This document shows positions 54,435 to 64,000 of a stretch of 64,000 nucleotides of DNA, in pieces. The notes under the pieces are model-generated. The model was not told the DNA's origin and did no database searches. It saw only the letters and a program-made list of their open reading frames with translations. A program made the position numbers and the translations under genes. Numbering within the stretch: position 1 is the first letter of the stretch; each line of letters starts with the position of its first letter. The DNA lies in assembly GCF_006345805.1 (NCBI RefSeq), contig NC_043004.1, forward strand, positions 36,828,001-36,892,000, in the 5' to 3' direction. This DNA is from Octopus sinensis (taxonomy: Eukaryota).

Positions 54435-56644
54435 TTCACAGATTTTCATTATTATTATTGGAAATGATTTTATTTGTGTAAAAAGTAAAAAAATTAAATT
54501 ATGATATTGAAGAAAACAATTAAATCCAGAGAAGTGCGGCCTCCTCATTCTCCTCCGAAAAACATACTAGTCAAATTGCACTTCCATCAAATGCCACATA
54601 AAATCCCTACAATTCCTCCTTTTATTCCATATATTGTGTTTCTCACACTTCCCACCGAGCGCTAATATAACCGTTTCTTCAAGTGCATCAACCCTCAGGA
54701 ATTTCTTTCCCCGTCCCGTTTACCAGCAAACATCAATTTACTGATGTTCAAACAGCATATTCATCTTACCAACTTAGAAGTAATTTTCAAGTTATTGAGC
54801 TAAACTATAAGAAACCTCGAAGAAAATCTTTCACAAATCTAATCTAGTTCAACTCGTATCTAAGAGAAAATTATAATGGAAAATATCATGGCAGAAGAGT
54901 TTAGCTGTTATACAGGACTTAGTTTCACAAACTGCGCTAAGTTACCAATTATGATCACACAAAACTATTGGTCAACGAATGAATATAAGTGCAAATGAAA
55001 AAATTAGATATTCTCACTAAAGTAACTAATTTGTTCTTTCCTATATTCAATCTTTTCCAAAACAGACCGTCCGGATCTGCAATATTCAGATGCCAAAAAT
55101 TCTACTTAATTTCTCGAATTTGATATAAACAAGAACTAAGCAACCGCCTACATTATTAAAGAATGTTGCCATCAATACGCAGATATTTAGCAATTTAATC
55201 TTATATTGAATAAGTGATCGGAAGTTTATGTCGACGTAATTTCATTTGGGTGGACAATGTACTTTGTATCAGGCCATATATTTTAAATTGCATCTCACAC
55301 ATATGCACACACATTTAATGCACACATGGATAACTTAGTTTTAGAAAAAATATTTTGCACTCCTTTCAGAATACGGAACAAATGTAAAACACGAGAGAAA
55401 TCTAAGGTCGTTGAGTAAAGATTTATTATTTAATTTATGCCCAATCTTCCACATGTAGAATTAATAACTAATCAAATCTCAAAGCTATTTCAATAAAATA
55501 GTCGATGTTTTACACATGTAATATATTCCTCATATTCCAGGAGTAAAAAATAAACTGTTTTGTCTCAAGGATCGCACGAATTCTGCCTAGAACATTACTC
55601 GACTAAATATTCGACCGAATCGACTAAATTCCTCAGACTTATTTGATCTTACGTACAAGAATTAAAGGGATGAAACACAAACTAAACCGCTAAAAACTTA
55701 GCAATACCTTAGAATAAAGAAAAGCAAGAAGATTCACGAAGTTAAATACGTAGATTTGTCTTGAAGGTTCTCATATATTAATTAACTAAAACAAATTAAT
55801 ATGGGTTCGTGATGCATCTAAATATTTCCTTTTCATGATGTCTGATGACATGAGTTCCTCCTGGCCAAAGCTCCAATTCATTTTCGTGAGTGGAGAAAAA
55901 GTACCTTCTTCGAGGTGTTGTCAATAACATTTTAATAAAATTTTATCATTTACAATGTACGTGGCAGTAATACTTCTTGATCATAATTCATACAAATCAC
56001 AAACGATTGTTCACTAATTTTAGTAATACGAAGACAATTAATTCTAAAATAGCTTTTGGTTTGTGTCAATAATGTTTTTGTCTAGGCAGAAAGATGTTAT
56101 ATTACAATGACGGGAGAATACAATATTTGATACGAGCATTTGCTCGAAGGAAATTGGCGATGAAAATGAAGTTAATCTTCTTTGACTGAATCAGATTTGA
56201 ATATCAACAGAAAATTAAGTGTAAAACACCAATATGAGTTGAAAGAGCCCAAGAGACAAGACGGTGCCATATCCTCCTGAAAAATGTAAACAAATCTTGT
56301 GTGAAAAAATCTAGCATCATAGATGGCCTCTACTTGTCTTACTTGTGCTTACGAAATGTTAGAAATCTCGTTGATAGAAAGCAAGACGAGAGAGAGAGCA
56401 ATTAGCAATTAGCTAGATAAGGTACAATATCAATCAGACAAAAGTACGGTAGATTTAATAATTTATAATAATCTTGTACAATATTTCTAACAATGACTAA
56501 AATAATCGTTAATTACAAAATCTTGTTCTTTCAAACTAATATACTAACTAGATTCATTATCTTCGGCGTTCCAATATTTTATTGGTGATTCCATCAATAT
56601 TATTTTAAATTCCAGCATCAGTGATTACTATACATACATATATA

Positions 56645-56711
<67 letters not shown>

Positions 56712-56755
56712 TGTGTCCGTACACTCACACATACACACACACAAATATATATATA

Positions 56756-56811
<56 letters not shown>

Positions 56812-58466
56812 GCAAGTAGGTAAAAATATATATGTACGTATGTATATGTATATTACAATGAAAATATAGAAAACGGTCAAAGAAAATAGCGATCGAAACA
56901 ATATATAAAACCAACAAAGATTGGAGATAACAGCAAAGGAAATCAATTTATTGATCTCAATATTGATCCTATTATTTTTACAGCTGCAACTATCAAAAGG
57001 AGTAAAAGATAAAACCGAGGAAAGAAAATGTAATAACACCTAAACCTATCCATTTCAGCACGGTTACCATATACGGGGGGAAGGGGGTGGATGTCGGTCA
57101 TCGCAACCACATTTACGATCTGCTGTGGAGTTCAAGCATCTAATCATCATTTATGGCGTGATATCTTTATAATTGCTGGTGCAATTCTGAGAAGCGAGTG
57201 TGAAATCATAAACTTTTTAGTTGATCTCCAGTCTGTAAGTAGGACATTTAGAAACTGAAATGCATGCGCTTTTAAAAGATCTAAAGCAAGTTCTGGGTTA
57301 TGTAGCAGTGGTCGATAAATGGGGCTAGCATTATTCTGTGTAACAGCTTCTACATTTGGCACATGTACATACACAGACACTAAACATACATACATACATA
57401 CATACATGCATACATACATACATACATACATACATACATACATACATACATACATACATACATACATACATACATACATACATACGTGCATGCATATATA
57501 TAGCTTTGCCTTTCTCTTTTTATGTCATGACTTACACTTAGTGAGAACTTATACAGGTTTTTAACAGGTTGTAGCAATACACAATAAATTTATTCCATGG
57601 ATATTTATCATCTGACTACTGTGCAAAACTAATTAATTTAAAACATTACTTATATCTTATTACTTTCCATTGGTCTGAGTTTTGTGTTTTCTCTGTAAAG
57701 GTCAACGGAGCAGTGTTTTGTAGTGTCTTTTGTATTCAGAATACACTACCTTTTGTGTATGCAATGCCTGCTATTGCCGTACGTTTTGTCTCAATGCAAG
57801 TTCTGAGGTTTTAATAGGCATTTGACTGCATCTTCTTTTATTCATCCGTAATCTCATTTCATTATTATGGCGACTGTTTCTCATTCTAATCACCATTTTC
57901 TATATTTTCATATCTCTTTACATGTATTGATAAGATCTTTTCAATTAAAGATGCATTATCGTGTGTTGGGCTTTACTTGAACCGGGAGCTGTTTTCTTTT
58001 CTGGTGATCCGCGACAGCAATATCTTGTAGATTAATTAACCTTGATATTCGTCTCGTTGAAGTGCCATATTCCGTACTTAGACTATTTTGTATTATATTG
58101 AGCCTTTTCTTTTATATGTATTCTCCCCCTCTCTCTTTCTCTCTCTCCTTTGCTTCTATTGATACCTCATTATGTTAGCATTATTTCCAGTGTCCTATCT
58201 GTAGATATCTCTATTGGTTAAGTCTAGGTAGGTACAGGAAATGTAAGTCATTATTCCTTCTCGACATTCACATATTCACCAATTACTTAATGAAATATCG
58301 TTTTTATTTTTCTGGATATGCTTTCAGTAATTGTAGCAGGTAAGATTTCGATCATTTGTAACAGCCGAACATATCTCAGTAGTGGTGTCTTACTTGGAAT
58401 GGTGTTTCTACACCAGGATTATGTTTTTAATTTATTTCTCTCCTCTTCCCTTTTAAAGATAGGGGA

Positions 58467-58624
58467 CATGTGGGGACATTTTTGACCCTCGCTTTTATGC
58501 ATGTGGGGACTTTTTTGACCCTCGCTTTTATGCATGTGGGGACTTTTTTGACCTTCGCTTTTATGCATGTGGGGACTTTTTTGACCCTCGCTTTTATGCA
58601 TGTGGGGACTTTTTTGACCCTCGC
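58467..58624. repeat. 33-bp minisatellite, about 4.8 copies
   Basis: Unit CATGTGGGGACTTTTTTGACCCTCGCTTTTATG with only single substitutions; no spacers, so not CRISPR. Confidence 0.95.
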
Positions 58625-61390
58625 TGTTACTTATTTTTAGACGTGTCTTGAGGTTTTGAAAATAACCGTTTTTGTCACTTTTCCCTCCTGATAAATGTAA
58701 CTTCAGCTCCTCTCTCTCTCTCTCAACTCACACGCACACATACACACGCACACATACACACTTTAGAGAGATAGATCGTGAGTCAGTCGGCCAATATACA
58801 TTTTTTTTTGTAATAGTTTCAATTCTCTCAGATTTTCTTTTCGTGTACGCTGTCTTTATATTTTAAGAGCCAAAATATCCTTTATTAAAACTTCATATAA
58901 CATTATAAACAAATGTAAAACCAAAGATATAGAGTAATTTCTTTGGAATTCATATTCTTAAAATATCTAATTCTATATAGTAATATTAATGACAATTATC
59001 ATTTGTTCTAGTTGATTCCATTGTTAATTATCAACAACAAATATATTTGATTTTGTGTCGTGGGGTATTCTAAAGTTTCGTGCAGAATATTTCATCGGAG
59101 AAGTACAACAAAGTACTTTATCACATTGCTATAAGTATGGTTACTCAAATTGCAATATATTGAGTGAGTGTCAATATATTTAATATAATGAGCAATACAA
59201 TAGCAATTAAGTGTATTACTGCAGTTGTGGAGAGGAAACCATTGGATGAGTGACTAATATTGATAAAGAATAAGTAGTGAAGGGATGACAGCTCCGAATT
59301 TTTAATTATCTAAATTTAGAATTACGCAGATAATAATATTAAGTTACTCTGCTCTACAGCCTGTGCGACGGCTACTCCGAACATATTTGGGTTTTATTAA
59401 GACACTTCAATGATGCATATCCATTTATATGGCTTGGTGGATGATTTCTATATCGAACATTTAAAAGATATACAGGAGTTGTCGAAACGATATAATGCAT
59501 GAAAGTTGAGGATACCATCAGCTTAGGGTACAATAATCTTACTGTAGCTGAGAACCAAATTCTGTTAATTAAGGGAAGAAAACATCTGTTCAATGACTAA
59601 TACACATTAAATCTAATCAATAGTAAACAGCCGACAACGATGAGATTTGATTAGCATTACACTTTGTGACTTTCCCTTTTCCACGTTGCAGTGGGGATTT
59701 GATTAATAGACATTGTTTTACTCTCGAAATATTAGCATTCGCTCAACCATTATGCGAAGCACAGGATAACATTTTAATGTTATTGGGAGAAAAACAAGAA
59801 CTCCAAAGTTTCAATTAATTATAAATTACAAAGGAGCGATGCAGTGGGGAATGATTTAATCCGCGTTAAGTATAGTGAGAAACTGGAACGTCCTTCGATG
59901 TTACTCTGAGCTCACCATGAAGCGTAACCTGCATCTATCAACGTATTAGAACGAATTTTACTGAACATAGTCATTAACTATTCTCGCCATTACTATCTTT
60001 TAAAAATCTTTCCTTGGCTCAGGACATTATATGAATTTGGATATGCAAAAAGCATCACTGAACAATTTTCTAATATCATGTTATGTATTCAACCTGATTA
60101 GTTGCTGCATAAATTACGACATACGTCCATGCTGTCTACATTAGAACAGTGGCAATTATTTCATTCAAACAATAAAGGTATTAACTCACCGACATGACCA
60201 GACAATTCATTAATCCATGCATTTTTGATAATCAGGAGAGTTTAAAGGTTAACACTTACCTAGAAATAAACAAGAAAAGAAATAAATAGATATTTCATCA
60301 AATACAGACAGCGGACATGCTTGTTTTCTGTTTATATTTATGTGGATGTAAACTGTTTATTGTGTCTTTTTCATGGAAAATTGTAGGATTGTTTTTGACC
60401 TGATTTGAAGAGTTATTAGTTGTGGTGAAAATTAAGTAAAAAAAAAATGGTAATTTTAATTAGTGATACTGTCTCGTTTAACATATCTAACTAATCTCAA
60501 CAACAGAGTTTAACTAAAGAATATATAAATAAAGCTTACCGTCAAGGCAGTGAAATATGTGTTTTATGATATATGAGATCATAAGGACCATCAAGATAGA
60601 AGTCAGCCCTCGTTGCATCAAAAGCTGCTAGCGATATTAGAGACCGCTTTATTCGGCCAAGTGTCAAGATTTACCTGAAAGCTTTCGATTCCATCGGAGT
60701 AAACTCTTTATTCAAACCATGAGGGTAGATTACTCGTAATCCGTTGCCTGTCTTAAAAATATCCTAGTATTTGTTGTCTTATTCTAATGCCATCCAAATC
60801 AATATGACGATTGGTTAACCCAAGATTTGGACTCATATCCATCAGTAGAATAACAATACTTCACAGTAGTTCAGTTCGATTCTCAGCCTACGCTCAACCA
60901 GCAACTGAATCCGTTCTACACAAGACAACAAATGTTCAACAGCAGGTGAGGTGAAAAGACGCGAACACTGAGGGAATGTGAGTTTCTTGCCCTTGTGCCA
61001 ATCGGAGACTTGCACATAATCCGTGAATACGTCCAAAGAATCAACCAAAATTATCAATGAGTGAAGCATTGCTAAAAAAAATATCTCCCCGTGTTTGGCA
61101 AGTCGTCTCGCTGCTGTTAACATATGGAACAACCATCCTATAAACTGGATCTACGAAAGCCGTACCTGCTCCTTGTCGTAGTTTTTTTTTACAAAATAGC
61201 GCTTCTGCCCCACTTACTCCGAGCGAATCTTTGAAAGTCCGGTGAGGCAAAACATGTAAGCGAAAAAATTCGTGTCTACCACATCGAACCTTAGACCTAT
61301 TCACACGAAAAAAGACTAAAACAAGGCGTGAAAGAACATATCTGTTGGATTACGTTCTTCGTTATTTGACTACTTTCTAAACAAATAGTC

Positions 61391-61574
61391 TTTTACTTGT
61401 TTCAGTCATTTGACTGTGGCCATGCTGGAGTACCGCTTTTAGTCGAGCATATCGACCCCAGCACTTATTCTTTGTAAGCCTAGTACTTATTCTATCGATC
61501 TCTTTTTGCCTAACCGCTAAGTTATGGGGACGTAAACACACCAACATCGGTTGTTAAGCGATATTGGGGAACAA

Positions 61575-61617
<43 letters not shown>

Positions 61618-61788
61618 CATATACACGACGGGCTTCTTTCAGTTTCCGTCTACCAAATCCACTTACAAGGCTTTGGTTGGCCCTAGGCTATAGTAGAAGA
61701 CACTTGCCCAAGGTGCCACGCACTGGAACTGAACCTGGAACCATGTTATTGGTAAGAAACTACTTACCACACAGCCACTCATGCGCCT
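61391..61788 (-). mobile_element. Full-length SINE family B with internal (CA)n/(TA)n
   Basis: Reverse complement of the 9255-9757 architecture, including the head, GAAGCCCGTCG, the microsatellite and the CCAGCA/GGCC-CAGTCAAATGACTGAAAC end. Confidence 0.88.
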
Positions 61789-64000
61789 ATGTTAAAATGT
61801 TAAGGTATATACATTCGGGGAAATTTAACAGAAAATAATGTCGTGTTTGACTATAATGTTCTTCAGTGTTCCATCTATAGACCCTTCTCACGCCTTGTAT
61901 TATTGCAGTAATGACTTAAAGTAATAGATGTATACGTGTGTGTGTGTGTGTGTGTATGTGTGTGTGTGCGTGTGTGTGTATGTATGTATGTCTGTATGTA
62001 TGTATGTTTGTATGTATGTATATGTATGTATCTTTCATATTCATGTTAATAAGTGTTTGGGAAAATTGTTATTCATAGTAAATCTTACAATCTTCTGACT
62101 GGCTTCACAGTGTTTCTGAAAGAAGAGGCATTTGCAACGGAACTGCATTAGAATGAAACACATGACTACCGCTCTGCAATTACTAAGTGTAATTTCCATG
62201 TTCAATTGGCACTTGTTTCTTCTACCTTCATTAGTTTGATGTGAAGATCAAAGATTATTGCTAACTACAATTATAATAATCTCTCTCCAAAATACATCAA
62301 ATACTATATTTACTGATAAGTGTCCTACAAAATAACCGCCGCTAAAAATAGATCTTCTTGATTTTTCAGCCATTGTATTTTATTAGCTTTCTTGAATATG
62401 CTAATGCATCTAACCAAAAGGGGCAAAAATATTATTTTGCAGAGAAGATATTGGAGTTTAAAGGAGGAGAAAATTGCAAAGTAATTCTCGCCAAAATGGA
62501 GGCTGGACTGATTTCTCATAATCACAAATTTTAGTTGCAACTAAATCCTTCGTAGGAACTAGACGACGGTATTTCTGAATATTTTATTATCAGAGATAGA
62601 AAGCCAGTAATGATAGAAAAGTTCTCGTTCACCATTATGAACTTTTATCGTATTTGATTGCAGTTTGCAACTGAAGTAGAACGCAAATATGGTTCTGCAG
62701 ATCATATCCAAACTATAATCACTTTTGTTATAGTTACATATATCTATTATATTTTCAAGTTCGTGATAAGACAAATTCTAAATACGTGTGTCGTTTCACT
62801 AGTCATGAAGGAGATTACATATACAGTAATAAAACCTTTACTGCATTAAGACCGCGTTGCTTAATATAACTGAAATATTAAACACGCCACGATATCTGAT
62901 GCCATGAACGAAGTAATGTCATACGATTTCAAAAGCTAATAATAATAAACGTATACAATAGTTAATTCATTTACTCACATGCCTATTAATTATAAAACAT
63001 TGAAATATTAATGTGTGTCGTTTATTTTTCCAAGTGTTATTTAAATTAATAAATGCGTTATTATGTACAATATTCCGTGATGTGTTTTACTTGAAATTTG
63101 TAATGGCGTTTGGGAAAATTCCATTTACACCGGAAGTCAACAGCCAACCATCAGCGTAAAATACAGACATGTTTTGTATGTCAGTGTATGCTCCAAATAC
63201 TTAGGTTTGTTCAGGTTAAACGAGAACTGTTCAAGGATGAACATATAAGCCTTAATTTTGGCTCAGTTTATGCTACATTGTATACCATCTATGGGATATC
63301 TTTAAATAGTCAATAGACCTGTTGGTTATAGTAGCCAAATCTCTCTGATTTTGCAACCTGGCGTCTTAGATAGCAAAAGGTGACAGAGAAACAAATCACA
63401 CGTTAATTAATATTTGTTAAATATAACCACAAATTAGGTGATGGCCACTAGAAAGTCTCTGATATTAGTTTGGACCGATAGAGATAATCCTGAAATATAT
63501 CTTCGAAATATTCTTTTATAGTGAAACTGAGAACTTTTCTACATTAAGCTCTTCTTAATAGCTTGCAGGGCTGTGGTTATAATGTGTTTTGCTATTTGCT
63601 TACCATTTTTTTTTTTACAATCTGTGCTCAAATAACCCCACCACAGGTCGATGTTACCTTCCAAATGACAAAATAAAATACCCCTCCATTACAGGTATCA
63701 ATGTACCCACCTTTGAATCCTTGTTTCTATGTCAAAAATCATGAATGTTATTATTTGCCATAACTCCTTTATGAAGAGTGAATTCTATTACTTCCGTTGA
63801 TCAGAGTTCACGATCGATCTACAACTCTAGAAGTAGGCGAAATCAAATCTCTTAGTAAAAGACTAGCAATTGCCGACCCCCGCAAGTGTCCCCGCCCCCA
63901 TCCCCATTACCACTGTTGCCCAAGAGAAAGGATTTTCTTAAAGGCCTGTGCAGCCTAACACTAGTGGCGTGGCAGGCATTGGCGTCAGAACGCAAAGAGA

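Noticed and set aside
58467-58624. CRISPR-like array
   Set aside because: The 33-bp repeats are contiguous with no unique spacers, there are no cas genes, and the context is eukaryotic.
59358-59445. C-type-lectin-like YPFIWLGG fragment
   Set aside because: An in-frame stop follows immediately and there are no other lectin motifs.

Overview
Very AT-rich, microsatellite-dense metazoan DNA with no recognisable protein-coding gene, RNA gene or CRISPR array. The repeat content resembles coleoid cephalopod (Octopus-like) genomes as I remember them; this is inference, not a database result. Supported features: (i) about 15 copies or fragments of tRNA-derived SINEs in at least four families, one with a perfect 19-bp target-site duplication; (ii) R4/Dong-type non-LTR retrotransposon remnants, each ending in (TAA)n, including a nested stack at 52.9-54.4 kb; (iii) a 1-kb element with 317-bp direct repeats inside (TA)n (Penelope-like); (iv) two long fold-back elements (17.5 and 25.3 kb) and a perfect 21-bp palindrome; (v) a 33-bp minisatellite and many compound microsatellites. 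Most ORFs in the supplied track are translated microsatellites. Several short segments with canonical splice sites could be exons of genes on either strand, but none can be named and all are low confidence. I found no convincing new biological system; the best leads are the (TAA)n-associated LINE stack, near-identical duplications bounded by microsatellites, modular SINE tails, and long dsRNA-forming structures.
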